DNA of 64,000 bases from an uncultured delta proteobacterium (GTDB taxonomy: Bacteria > Desulfobacterota > Binatia > Binatales > Binataceae), in the NCBI GenBank assembly GCA_963794325.1, contig CAWCDG010000009.1, positions 96,001 through 160,000 on the forward strand, written 5' to 3'. Positions 30,242-39,648 of this stretch are shown here, one piece after another. Positions within the stretch are counted from its first letter, which is position 1; the number at the start of each line of letters is the position of its first letter. The notes beneath the pieces are model-generated. The model was not told the origin of the DNA. It ran no database searches and saw nothing but the letters and a program-made list of their open reading frames with translations. The position numbers and the translations under genes are program-made.

Positions 30242-30679
30242 CTATGCAGCGCGCGCTCGCACCGCGCGAGTTTCATCCGACTGACTATAGAGGATAACAG
30301 TAATCGCAATTAGTAAGATCGCTGGAATGTAGATACCCAGCACCTCGGTCACCAGATGCTCAGTCGAGAGCAATCCCGCGGCATGTGAGTATATGTGCAA
30401 CGCGGAATGCATCGCGCCGGCAACGGCGGCAACTACAACCGCAATCGCGTTGCGCCGAGGATTCATCGCCGCCGCAACCAGTCCGATGCCCACCGCGAGA
30501 AAGAACGTCCCACCGTCCATCACGAGGTGCATATTATACGCCCCAGTCTCAGGCACCCCCGGCACCAGTTTGAAGAACCACGACGATGGAAAGAAGAACA
30601 TCTCGATACCATTGACGATATCGAGCGCCGCGAGAATCCAGAGGACAGGTACGACCCATCGAGGCAGTTTGGATTTCAT
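30242..30679 (-). CDS. His-containing small multi-pass membrane protein
   Basis: Hydrophobic helices, 'G.YN.HLV.D', 'MHSALHIYSH'; co-oriented upstream of the AhpD-like gene. Confidence 0.7.
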   Translation of the reverse strand: MKSKLPRWVVPVLWILAALDIVNGIEMFFFPSSWFFKLVPGVPETGAYNMHLVMDGGTFFLAVGIGLVAAAMNPRRNAIAVVVAAVAGAMHSALHIYSHAAGLLSTEHLVTEVLGIYIPAILLIAITVILYSQSDETRAVRARAA

Positions 30680-30853
30680 CCAGCATCTCTCCGCAAGATA
30701 GATGTACCTCGCCCCAAACCGCGAATCCACGACCCGCAGTCCCAGCGCCGCCCACAATCACAAAATCTGGAGGGGGGAAGATTAGCGGGGCGGAGGAGTC
30801 GCCTCTTGGGGACAAGAGGACTCCCAGCTTCCATGGCAGTTCTACTGAGGCGT

Positions 30854-31900
30854 TTAGACCTGGCTCACGGTATAGGCCACCTGGCTTCCGTCGAAATACG
30901 GCTTGTAGTACGTCGATCCATAGACGTAGTAACTGTTTCCGTTGATGGTCGTAGAGTAAGCCCCGTTAGGAAGCTGATAAACGTTCGCCCCGATGGGTGC
31001 CGTTACGATTTCGTACCCAGCCCCGTTCTGCTGATAGAAGATGCCGTTCGAGTAGTAGAAAGTTGCGCCGTAGGCGTAGGCGATGGTGGCACCCGGTGGC
31101 AGATACGCGATTGTCGAGCCAATCACAGGTGCGCCGTATTGCGGGCTAGCTCCGGCGTAGTAGGGAGCCGGCGCCGGATTGTTGATGATCGTGGTGGATG
31201 ACGGCTGTTGGTTCATCGCCGAGCCAACTACCATGCCTGCAGCCAGTCCGCCTACAGCGCCGAGTGCCGCAGCACCGGCGACATCACCCGAGCTATATCC
31301 TCCTCCGCCGCAGCAGTAATAGGGATTACCTCCACCGCCGCCGTAGTAGTTGTTGTTGTTGCTACTGTCATAGTTGTTGATCGTGGCATCTTGCTTGTTC
31401 TGCAGTTTCTTTTCGGTGTTTTCGTTGTTCTTTTGAAGAGTATTCGCTTCGTTGTATCTGGCCTGCTGCTGCTCTTCCTGGTTGGCGTTGTAAGTGTTGT
31501 AGTCCGATTGCTTGTCTGCCGAACTAGAGCTGCCTCCGTAGCTGTTCCCGGAGCTGCTTCCAGAGTGCTGCCAGGATTGGCCGCCCGAAGAGTAGCTATC
31601 GGAGTGGCTGACATTGCCGCCCCCAAAGCCGTCGCCACCTCCGCCGTGACCGCCCCAGCCGCCTCCGCCACCTCCCCATCCGCCTCCGCCGCCACGGCCG
31701 CCCCATCCGCCACCACCGCCACCACCCCAACCACCACCGCCGCCACCACCTCGACCACCCCAGCCGCCACCGCCTCGACCACCGCCGCCGCCCCATCTGG
31801 CATAGGCTTGCGGAGCGGTTAGCAAAGAAACTCCGGCGATCAGGATGGCGATTTGAAGCGCGAGTCTTCTGCTGGTCGAAGGATTCGATTTGTTGTTCAC
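30854..31900 (-). CDS. Secreted Gly-rich protein with C-terminal Tyr-rich (DUF6515-like) repeats
   Basis: Signal peptide, GGGWGG repeats, 'P.G..I..LP.G.....YY..G.FY' repeats; GTG overlaps the stop of DUF2092. Confidence 0.7.
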   Translation of the reverse strand: MNNKSNPSTSRRLALQIAILIAGVSLLTAPQAYARWGGGGGRGGGGWGGRGGGGGGGWGGGGGGGWGGRGGGGGWGGGGGGWGGHGGGGDGFGGGNVSHSDSYSSGGQSWQHSGSSSGNSYGGSSSSADKQSDYNTYNANQEEQQQARYNEANTLQKNNENTEKKLQNKQDATINNYDSSNNNNYYGGGGGNPYYCCGGGGYSSGDVAGAAALGAVGGLAAGMVVGSAMNQQPSSTTIINNPAPAPYYAGASPQYGAPVIGSTIAYLPPGATIAYAYGATFYYSNGIFYQQNGAGYEIVTAPIGANVYQLPNGAYSTTINGNSYYVYGSTYYKPYFDGSQVAYTVSQV

Positions 31901-32721
31901 GGCTTTGTCTCCTTCACCTTCATGATGTCGATCCGCTTGGCGTCCTTCGGAAGGTCGGGACGAAACACGCTCGCCGGGATGCTCTCCGGGAATTTCCAGT
32001 CCGACAGAACCGCGACGTATTCGGGTGAACCGGGGGCACTTCGGTAATTGATTACAATTTTGCGCGGTAGATGTCTTCCCGTGCGTTGCAACCAAACCTG
32101 CCAATCCACGTTTTTCTTGGCGAAAGCCAGATGATCGCAGTCTTCACCGGCCACGTCGTTGACGCCGATATATCCTGAGTAAATAACTCCCTTGCGAAAC
32201 ATTTCGCACGGATGACTGTACGCAAGGTCTCCCAGCGGAATTGAGAGGTTATGAACTTCCTCCAGGCGCTCGATCATCCCGTCAATTGAATCAGGGACTT
32301 CCGCAGTCGCGTAGAACATGTGTGGCGGGTCGAGGATCGTAACCTTGGTTCCGTTATACCAAATCTGTTTGCCGCCCAGATCGCTGTGAAACTCCACCGC
32401 TAACTGATCGGGTCGCTGGACGGCATAGTCCGCCGCGGCAGCGAATTGAAGCTTTATGTTCGATGGCAGCACCTGATCGAACGTTATCTCGGCATGAAAT
32501 GTAAAAGCCTTGCTCGATCCCAGGTCTTCGCACGATCGACTCAGGAGCTGATCCGCTCGAGGATCAATATTGGGCGGCGGTGCGGGTTGGGGCGCCTGCG
32601 GGCTCGCGGGCGAAGCCGCGCTCGTCGGTGCCGCGGTTTCGGCAGAGACTCCCTGGTTCGAGGCCAGCAACAGTGCTGCCACGGCCGCAGCAAAACGCAG
32701 CGAGATAAATCTTTTGTTCAT
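31897..32721 (-). CDS. DUF2092 domain-containing periplasmic protein
   Basis: 'KLQF......V.RPD.L', 'CDHLAF....VDWQVW......LPRK.VI'. Confidence 0.88.
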   Translation of the reverse strand: MNKRFISLRFAAAVAALLLASNQGVSAETAAPTSAASPASPQAPQPAPPPNIDPRADQLLSRSCEDLGSSKAFTFHAEITFDQVLPSNIKLQFAAAADYAVQRPDQLAVEFHSDLGGKQIWYNGTKVTILDPPHMFYATAEVPDSIDGMIERLEEVHNLSIPLGDLAYSHPCEMFRKGVIYSGYIGVNDVAGEDCDHLAFAKKNVDWQVWLQRTGRHLPRKIVINYRSAPGSPEYVAVLSDWKFPESIPASVFRPDLPKDAKRIDIMKVKETKP

Positions 32722-32770
32722 TTTGGTCTCACTCGGTCCTTATGATTATTATGATCATTCAAAAGCGCGC

Positions 32771-33088
32771 TCAGGACTGCCATCCCTGCCGGTTGTAGTA
32801 GTTCATCACCATTTGCACGATCTGGTCGGTCGCCTTGTCCACCAGGAACCCGGTCGAGGACGTATAGCTCTTCGACTAAGGATTTTCGATTTCAAAGTAA
32901 TCCTCATTTTCGTGTTGATTCATCGGTCCCGATTCAAATTTCAGCTATTGGCCGTCGATCGTAGTGGTGGCGTTGGGCGAACCCGCCACACCGTTGATTT
33001 GCTGCGCGGAGGCGGGCGCGACCGCCAACGCACCCAGGTAAATGACCACCGCAATGAAGCTACAAACTGTGGATCTTTTAGATGTCAT
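32771..33088 (-). pseudogene. Fused remnants: arylsulfatase N-terminus (33088-32945) and C-terminus of another exported protein (about 32875-32771)
   Basis: MTSK..APASAQQINGVAGSPNATTTIDGQ* resembles arylsulfatase N-termini; downstream fragment ..DKATDQIVQMVMNYYNRQGWQS*. Confidence 0.6.
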
Positions 33089-33264
33089 AGCCCCTCTCGA
33101 TCCGATCGAAGGTCAGGCACCGCATTTCAGGTTCAAGGAGGCTTTTCGCCGACGCCTACCGTGTTTGACTACCCGCTGAATCAGTAATCCGGAGTCGTCA
33201 CGAGTGACTATTGTACTTTGGTACAATACGAGAGCCCCGAACGCGCGGGCGGTCAAAAATCCGG

Positions 33265-33292
33265 TTGACATACCGGGCGAGGCGCGTAGTCT
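33265..33292 (+). promoter_or_regulatory. Sigma70-type promoter upstream of riboswitch
   Basis: TTGACA-16 bp-TAGTCT. Confidence 0.55.
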
Positions 33293-33297
33293 GCTTT

Positions 33298-33397
33298 GGG
33301 ATTCGCTTGGGGAAGCCGGTGAAAGGCCGGCGCTGCCCCGCAACTGTGAGATGAGCGCGATGATGCTCGTCGAGTCAGGCGACCGGGCGAATCGATG
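33298..33397 (+). ncRNA. Cobalamin (B12) riboswitch
   Basis: GGGAAGCCGGTGAAAGGCCGGCGCTGCCCCGCAACTGT ... GAGTCAGGCGACC (B12 box); outer stem GATTCGC/GCGAATC. Confidence 0.9.
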
Positions 33398-33529
33398 GAG
33401 CCGTAAGAACCTTCGCGGGAGAGGGAGGCTTCAGGACGCGCATCGCAGATCCGCCGGCACCTATCCACACGGCGACTCGTCGCTCCTGGCCACTTCTATT
33501 TTCATCCTCGAAGTCTCGGCCATGGCGAC

Positions 33530-34339
33530 TTGGAAGACGAAAGGAAATCGCATCCTTTGGATGACTCGACGGAGCCGTCGCGACGTCATGCCGCGTCGTT
33601 TGCGGCGTCGATCGCCGCTCATGCGGTGGTCATTGGATTGATCGTGTGCTTCGCATCGCCGCTGGCGCGGGGGCATAGCGAATGGGTGCTCGCCTACCTG
33701 GTCGAAGGCGTCGACGGCAATTCCGGACGCGGCGGCGCAAGCGCCGCCGCGTCCGGAGCTGCCGCGAAGCACGTCGCGGTCGGCACCGCCGCGGGCGTGC
33801 CGACTGCGACGACGCATTTGGCGCCGCCGCCGCGGGCGGCGCGCAAGCCGCGTCGTCGGATCGACGACGACGCGTCCGAAATTGCCAGCATAGCGGGGCA
33901 TCAAGATGCAGCCGCGTCGTTGTCGCATGGCGACAGCGACACGGCTAGTGCTCGTCCGGCCGCCGTCGGTTCCGACGGCGGCGCGGTGCGTGGTGGGGCG
34001 GGGTCGCCCGGCGCCGTCGATAGCGGCGCCGGCGACGACCCCAGTTCTCTCGCCCATGCCGACTACGCCCGCAATCCGCCGCCCATCTATCCCGCTATCG
34101 CGCGCCGCCGCGAGCAGCAGGGCACCGTCACCGTCAGGGTGCTGGTCGGTGCCGACGGCTCGGTCGAGCGCGCCGAAGTTGCGGACTCCTCGGGATTCGA
34201 CACGCTCGACGACGCCGCGCTCGAGACCGTTCGCTCGCGATGGCGCTTTGTGCCGGCGCGTCACGGTGGGATCGCGGTCGAAAGCTGGGTCCTGGTGCCG
34301 ATTAGGTTCACCTTGATCGAGGCCAGCGCGGTTCACTGA
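33530..34339 (+). CDS. tonB: TonB family energy transducer
   Basis: N-terminal TM 'S..AH', C-terminal 'P.YP..ARRR..QGTV.VRV.V..DG', 'SSG...LD.AA...V..WRF.PA'. Confidence 0.85.
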   Translation: MEDERKSHPLDDSTEPSRRHAASFAASIAAHAVVIGLIVCFASPLARGHSEWVLAYLVEGVDGNSGRGGASAAASGAAAKHVAVGTAAGVPTATTHLAPPPRAARKPRRRIDDDASEIASIAGHQDAAASLSHGDSDTASARPAAVGSDGGAVRGGAGSPGAVDSGAGDDPSSLAHADYARNPPPIYPAIARRREQQGTVTVRVLVGADGSVERAEVADSSGFDTLDDAALETVRSRWRFVPARHGGIAVESWVLVPIRFTLIEASAVH

Positions 34340-34408
34340 AGATGCCGCCCCCATCGTGCTTATCCCGCCCAGCCGTGGTATAAGCCCCATCCGAGGAGGG
34401 TAGGAAAG

Positions 34409-34918
34409 ATGGCTCCCAAAGCATGTACTACTCTGGCGGTGGCAGGGCTGATGCTTGCGGCGCTTCTTGTGCCCAATCGCGCCGGCGCGATCGAAGTCAA
34501 AAAGGATCTCTACAACAACAGCGGTCCGGCTGGTCCGAACGCTCCGGGCCCCGCGAAAGAGAACCCGATTCCCAAAGCTGCGGCCCAACAGCTCAGCGAC
34601 ACGATTGCCAGCGAGTCCGATAGCTACCTCAGCGACGAGAGTGAAAAGAAAACCTCGGGCAAGCCGTATGTCGATCTCGAGCACGCAGCCTTCAAGTACC
34701 TGCCCACGATGAAGGGTGGCCGCTGGACTGTGGTCGCGAAGCTGCAGGCGCCGGAATACACACCGTCCAAGAGTGGCGTGGGCAAGGGCAAGCCGACCGG
34801 CAAGCAAAGGAGCCTGGTATTCAACTACCGCCTCGACGGCGGCAAGTGGACCGAGGTCGAGCCGCCGAAATGGGAAGATGTAGATGCCAATGGGACAGCG
34901 GCGGCCGCGGCTAAGTAG
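34409..34918 (+). CDS. Secreted hypothetical protein
   Basis: RBS, signal peptide. Confidence 0.65.
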   Translation: MAPKACTTLAVAGLMLAALLVPNRAGAIEVKKDLYNNSGPAGPNAPGPAKENPIPKAAAQQLSDTIASESDSYLSDESEKKTSGKPYVDLEHAAFKYLPTMKGGRWTVVAKLQAPEYTPSKSGVGKGKPTGKQRSLVFNYRLDGGKWTEVEPPKWEDVDANGTAAAAAK

Positions 34919-34961
34919 CAATTGAAGTTAGAGATCTGGGTTTTGGGGGGGGAGAACGCAG

Positions 34962-35234
34962 ATGCGTCCGATTGTCTTCGTAGCGCTTTTGGCATTGACC
35001 TTAGTTGGATGCTCGGAGCAGCAGCCGATTATGACCGTCGATCAGCAGAAAGCCTATAACGGTTGCATGGAAGGTCACTGGTCAGGCGCGGCCGACACTT
35101 TCGTTTGGGGGCCGTTCGGCTGGGCCTTTTACGAATCCGTGAGAAAGGATTGCCTGTCTGTTGCAAACTGGCACGGCGAGGGTTCCACAGTTCAAGCCGC
35201 TGCCGCTCCAGCAACGACGGCGTCGCCACATTAG
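34962..35234 (+). CDS. Small putative lipoprotein
   Basis: Lipobox LVGC, GGAG RBS. Confidence 0.6.
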   Translation: MRPIVFVALLALTLVGCSEQQPIMTVDQQKAYNGCMEGHWSGAADTFVWGPFGWAFYESVRKDCLSVANWHGEGSTVQAAAAPATTASPH

Positions 35235-35259
35235 TCAGGCTCAACGATAATCGAATTTT

Positions 35260-35691
35260 GTGAAGACCAGGATTCAAAATGATCTCAAGGCCGCGATGAA
35301 GAGCGGCGATAAGCTGCGCATGATGGCGTTGCGTGGTGTGCTGTCGGAGATCTCGCGCCTCGAAAAGGACGTTCGCCGCGATCCCAACGACGCCGAGATC
35401 CTGCAGATCATCAAGCGCGAGCGAGCCAAGCGCGAAGAGTCGCTGGAATTTGCGCGGAAGGCATCGCGCCAGGACCTGATCGATCAGAACGAGACCGAGG
35501 CGAAGATTCTCGAATCATATCTGCCCGCCGCTGCGTCGGCCGATGAAGTGCGCGCTGAGATCGCGGCGGCGATTGCGTCGGGCGCGTCGCAGATGGGTCC
35601 AGTCATGAAGGCGCTGCGCGACAAGTTCGGCGCCGGCCTCGACGGCAAGATGGCGAGCGAGCTCGCCAAGGAAGCGCTCGCGAAGAAGTAG
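35260..35691 (+). CDS. GatB/YqeY domain protein
   Basis: 'I..DLK.AMK', 'K.REES', 'E..IL..YLP', 'MG.VM', 'DGK'. Confidence 0.9.
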   Translation: MKTRIQNDLKAAMKSGDKLRMMALRGVLSEISRLEKDVRRDPNDAEILQIIKRERAKREESLEFARKASRQDLIDQNETEAKILESYLPAAASADEVRAEIAAAIASGASQMGPVMKALRDKFGAGLDGKMASELAKEALAKK

Positions 35692-35700
35692 CGCCCGTCT

Positions 35701-36258
35701 CTACAACAGCCTGCTGAACAGTCCGGGATACACAACCACCAGCCCGCGGCGATCGACTTCGATATCACGCGTGAAGTCGCTGTCAATCGATTCGTACCGG
35801 TAGCGCTTGAGCGGCTCGATGCATGTGTAACGCTGCGGATCGGTAGTGAGCGTGAGGCTGGGCACCAGAATATAGACTGTGACGATTTCGGCAGCCTGGG
35901 CGGCCCTGAGCTTCAGCCTTCGAATGGGGAGAGTGTTGGTGAACGGCGTGGCCGAGAGATCGATATCGATCGCGCCGCCGAGCTTCGAGAGACGTTTCCC
36001 CGACGCGTCGGACCAATTGCCGTTGCCATCGCCGGCGATCTCGATTTTGCGATCGCTTCCGACCAGCGCAATCTCAGCGCGTCTGACGCGCCACGACTTG
36101 TCGCATCGAATGCGATACCGAAGTGCGAAGACCGAATCGTCCGCCGATCCGGCGACGACCGACTCGGCGACGATCTCGCGCGCGCCCTCGCGGAGAACGA
36201 GATGCTCCATCCCTTTCGCGTCCCAATCCTGCCATCGCGCCACGACTGTATTGGCCAT
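35701..36258 (-). CDS. Putative glycolipid-binding domain protein (DUF1089)
   Basis: 'G.IDIDL..TPFTNTLPIRRL', 'QRYT', 'GLV..YP.LF.R'. Confidence 0.88.
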   Translation of the reverse strand: MANTVVARWQDWDAKGMEHLVLREGAREIVAESVVAGSADDSVFALRYRIRCDKSWRVRRAEIALVGSDRKIEIAGDGNGNWSDASGKRLSKLGGAIDIDLSATPFTNTLPIRRLKLRAAQAAEIVTVYILVPSLTLTTDPQRYTCIEPLKRYRYESIDSDFTRDIEVDRRGLVVVYPGLFSRLL

Positions 36259-36400
36259 CGCACCAGCGTATCTCACAATTTTCCGGCTGGCTTCCAGTTA
36301 ACGGCTCCGCGGTTGACGGTCAAACCCTTTTCCCGGTAGCACTTGGGCGTAATCCCGACTCCGGTCCGAGCTAAAACCACATGAGGTCGCGGAGGTTCCC

Positions 36401-37558
36401 ATGCCCACTGGAAAGGTCGTGCCGTTTCGCGTCGAGGTGCCTGTCGAAGTGCTGGCCGATCTGCGCGCCCGTCTCAGCAGTACGCGTTTTCCCGACGAGG
36501 TTCCCGACACCGGATGGGAGTACGGATCCAATCTCGCGTACCTGAAGGAGCTGGTCGAGTACTGGCGAACGAAGTACGACTGGCGTGCGCAGCAGCGCGC
36601 GATCAATCGCCTTGCGCAATTCAAGGCAAATGTCGGCGGACTCGGAATCCATTTCATCCACGAACAAGGCAAAGGGCCGAATCCGAAACCGCTGCTGCTG
36701 CTTCACGGATGGCCGGGCTCGATCTACGAGTTTATGGAAATCATCCCGATGCTCACCGATCCGGCCGCACACGGCGGCGATGCGAAGGACTCCTTCACCG
36801 TGATCGCGCCGTCGCTGCCAGGCTATGGATTTTCGGATCACCCGCGCGCCCGTGCGATGAATATCCAGGCGATGGCCGATCTGTTTCACAAGCTGATGAC
36901 CGAGACGCTCGGCTACCAACGCTACGCAGTGCAGGGCGGAGATTGGGGCGCGGCGATCACGTCCCGAATCGGCGAAGTGCACGCCGACAGCGTCTTCGGA
37001 ATCCATATCAACATGATTGCGATTGGCCCCGCGGAAGGACGCAGCGCGTCGGAGCTAACGCCGGAGGAGAAAGTGTTTCTCGGCGACCTCGAGAAATTCC
37101 GCACCGCAGAAACCGGCTACCAGTGGATTCAAGGCACCAAGCCGCAGACGCTTGCCTACGGCTTGAATGATTCACCGGCGGGACTGCTCGCGTGGATCGT
37201 CGAGAAGTTCCGGACCTGGAGCGATTGTCACGGCGACGTCGAGAAGAGTTTCACGCGCGACCAGATTCTGACCAACGTGATGATCTACTGGCTCACGCAG
37301 ACGATCAATTCCTCGACGCGGCTGTACTACGAAGCGCGCCACCATCCGTGGCGGCTGAAGCCCGGCACCCGAATCGAGGCGCCTACCGCGGTCGCGCTTT
37401 TTCCGGGAGAGCTGGTGCGTCCGCCGCGGCATTGGGCCGAGCGCGCGTACAACGTCCGGCGCTGGACCGTGATGCCGAAGGGTGGACATTTCGCGGCGAT
37501 GGAACAGCCGACGCTGCTGGCCAACGATGTCCGCGCGTTCTACAGGGAGCTGAGTTGA
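36401..37558 (+). CDS. Epoxide hydrolase (EHN family)
   Basis: 'HGWPGS', 'PSLPGYGFS', 'QGGDWG', 'LNDSPAGL', 'GGHFAA.EQP'. Confidence 0.93.
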   Translation: MPTGKVVPFRVEVPVEVLADLRARLSSTRFPDEVPDTGWEYGSNLAYLKELVEYWRTKYDWRAQQRAINRLAQFKANVGGLGIHFIHEQGKGPNPKPLLLLHGWPGSIYEFMEIIPMLTDPAAHGGDAKDSFTVIAPSLPGYGFSDHPRARAMNIQAMADLFHKLMTETLGYQRYAVQGGDWGAAITSRIGEVHADSVFGIHINMIAIGPAEGRSASELTPEEKVFLGDLEKFRTAETGYQWIQGTKPQTLAYGLNDSPAGLLAWIVEKFRTWSDCHGDVEKSFTRDQILTNVMIYWLTQTINSSTRLYYEARHHPWRLKPGTRIEAPTAVALFPGELVRPPRHWAERAYNVRRWTVMPKGGHFAAMEQPTLLANDVRAFYRELS

Positions 37559-37561
37559 GAG

Positions 37562-39535
37562 CTACGCAGAGGCGGGTTCGTCGAATTTGACCAGGTCGGC
37601 GTAAAGCTTTTCGATCTCGCGGCCCAGCCGCTCGTAGCGCGCGATCAGATCGTCCGCGTCTCTGCGCTTGAGGTAGAAGTTAGGATCGTTCATTTCAGTG
37701 GCGAGCGCGGCGCGTTCGTTTTCCTTCTGCTCGATCTCGGCCTCAATCTGTCCACGCTGCCGCGCGATTCGTTCGCGCTTGCGAGACGCGTCGCGTTCGT
37801 CTTTCGCGGGCGGTGCGGCTTTCGCTGATTCGGCTTTCTTTGGATGCGGCGCGATCCCGTTGTTGCCGCGAGCGTCGCGCAACTGGACTGGCGCGCTGCG
37901 CGCAGTCTGCGACGAGGGCGACGGCGTCTCGGTCTGCGCCTTCTTCTCGAGGTACTCGTCGTAATTGCCGAGGTAGCGAATCGCATGCCCCTGGCCCACT
38001 TCGAGCACTTCGGTCACCAGCTCGTTCAGGATGAAGCGATCGTGACTGACTATTATCACGGTGCCGGGAAAGCGGCGGAGCGCTTCGAGCAGCGTGTCCT
38101 TCGCCACGATGTCGAGGTTGTTGGTCGGCTCGTCGAGCAGCAGGCAGTTGCTCGGCCGCGCGAGCACCTTCGCCAGAGCAAGGCGCGCCCGCTCGCCTCC
38201 CGACAACACTTCGACCCGCTTGTACACGTCGTCGCCGGAGAAAAGCATCGCGCCGAGGATCGAGCGAAGCTCACCCATCGAGAGGCTCTGCGCACTGCCG
38301 CTGAGTTCGTCGAGCACGGTCTGGTCGTACGAAAGCGACTCGGCAAGATTCTGTGCGAAGTATCCGGCCTGCACGCTCGGACCGACGATTCGCTCGCCGC
38401 CGGTCATCGACTCGACGCCGGCCAGCAGCTTCATCATCGTGGATTTTCCCGATCCATTGGGACCGACCAGGGCGATTCGCGCGCCGCGCTCGATAGTCAG
38501 ATCGACGCCGTCGTAAACCGTGTGAGCGCCGTAGCGTTTGACCGCGCCTTTGAGTTCGAAAACGCGGCGCGTGCTGCGTTCGCATTTCGGAAACGAAATC
38601 GCCGGCGGTTTCTGCGATCCCTCGGGCGGCTCGAGCCGTTCGAGTTTGTCGAGCTGCTTGATTCTGCTTTGCACGAGGCGCGCCTTGCTTGCCTGGTAGC
38701 GAAAGCGGCTGATGAAGCTCTCCATGTGCTCGATTTCTTCGCGCTGCTTTTCGAACGCCGCCATCTCGAGCGCGAAGCGTTCCTCGCGCAGCACTAGATA
38801 TCGCGAGTAGCCGCCGACGTATTCAGTGAGCCGCCCACGCGACACTTCGACTGTGCGCCTGGTCACGCGGTCGAGAAAATAGCGATCGTGCGAGACGAGG
38901 ATGATCCCGCCCTGGTACGCGACGAGGTAATCCTCGAGCCAGTTGCGCGCTTCGATATCGAGATGGTTGGTCGGCTCGTCTAGCATCATGAAGTCGGGTG
39001 CGTCGAGCAGGAGTTTTGCCAGCGCGATTCGCATCCGGATGCCGCCGGAGAATTCGCTGACGTCGCGCGCGAGGTCAGCTTCAGTGAAGCCCAGCCCGAA
39101 CAGCACCGAGGTGGCGCGGCTTTCGGCGCTGTAGAAGTCGTGATGCTCGAGCTCGGTCAGCACCTCGCCCAATTCCTCGAGCGCGGCGTCATGCGCCGGC
39201 CCGGAATGTTGGTTCGCGAGAATCTGCTCGACTTCCTTGCGGCGCGCATCGAGCGCATTCATCCGATCGAGCGCCGCGAGCGTCTCGCGCAGCACGGAGC
39301 GTCCGCCCATCTCGGGCGCGTCCTGGGCCAGGTATCCGACGCGGGTGCGCTGCGGCCGAGTGATTCTCCCGGAATCGAGCGGCAGAACTTCCGCGATCAT
39401 TTTTAGCAGTGTCGACTTGCCCGCACCGTTCAGGCCGACCAGGCCGACGCGGCCGTCATCGGCCATCGACCAGCTGACCCCGTCGAGGATCTTGCGGCCC
39501 CCGTAGGACTTGGAGAGGTTGTCGAGACTAAGCAT
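37562..39535 (-). CDS. ABC-F family ATP-binding protein
   Basis: Two ABC domains (GLNGAGKST, GPNGSGKST, DEPTNHLD, DEPTNNLD), no TM, C-terminal coiled coil. Confidence 0.93.
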   Translation of the reverse strand: MLSLDNLSKSYGGRKILDGVSWSMADDGRVGLVGLNGAGKSTLLKMIAEVLPLDSGRITRPQRTRVGYLAQDAPEMGGRSVLRETLAALDRMNALDARRKEVEQILANQHSGPAHDAALEELGEVLTELEHHDFYSAESRATSVLFGLGFTEADLARDVSEFSGGIRMRIALAKLLLDAPDFMMLDEPTNHLDIEARNWLEDYLVAYQGGIILVSHDRYFLDRVTRRTVEVSRGRLTEYVGGYSRYLVLREERFALEMAAFEKQREEIEHMESFISRFRYQASKARLVQSRIKQLDKLERLEPPEGSQKPPAISFPKCERSTRRVFELKGAVKRYGAHTVYDGVDLTIERGARIALVGPNGSGKSTMMKLLAGVESMTGGERIVGPSVQAGYFAQNLAESLSYDQTVLDELSGSAQSLSMGELRSILGAMLFSGDDVYKRVEVLSGGERARLALAKVLARPSNCLLLDEPTNNLDIVAKDTLLEALRRFPGTVIIVSHDRFILNELVTEVLEVGQGHAIRYLGNYDEYLEKKAQTETPSPSSQTARSAPVQLRDARGNNGIAPHPKKAESAKAAPPAKDERDASRKRERIARQRGQIEAEIEQKENERAALATEMNDPNFYLKRRDADDLIARYERLGREIEKLYADLVKFDEPASA

Positions 39536-39648
39536 GGTGAAAAAAGCCATCTTATCAGCGGCGTTCGCGCGTCGAAAGCGACCCCCGCGCGCCATGGCGT
39601 TCGGGGGGCTTCCTACGTTCCCGACAATGTGTTAGGAAATGTTACACT

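Noticed and set aside
31620-31800. CCG/CCA repeat tract as a DNA repeat array or CRISPR
   Set aside because: Explained by Gly-rich coding; no constant repeat-spacer periodicity
33461-34921. 486-aa minus-strand ORF
   Set aside because: Antisense to tonB and the next gene; no recognisable motifs
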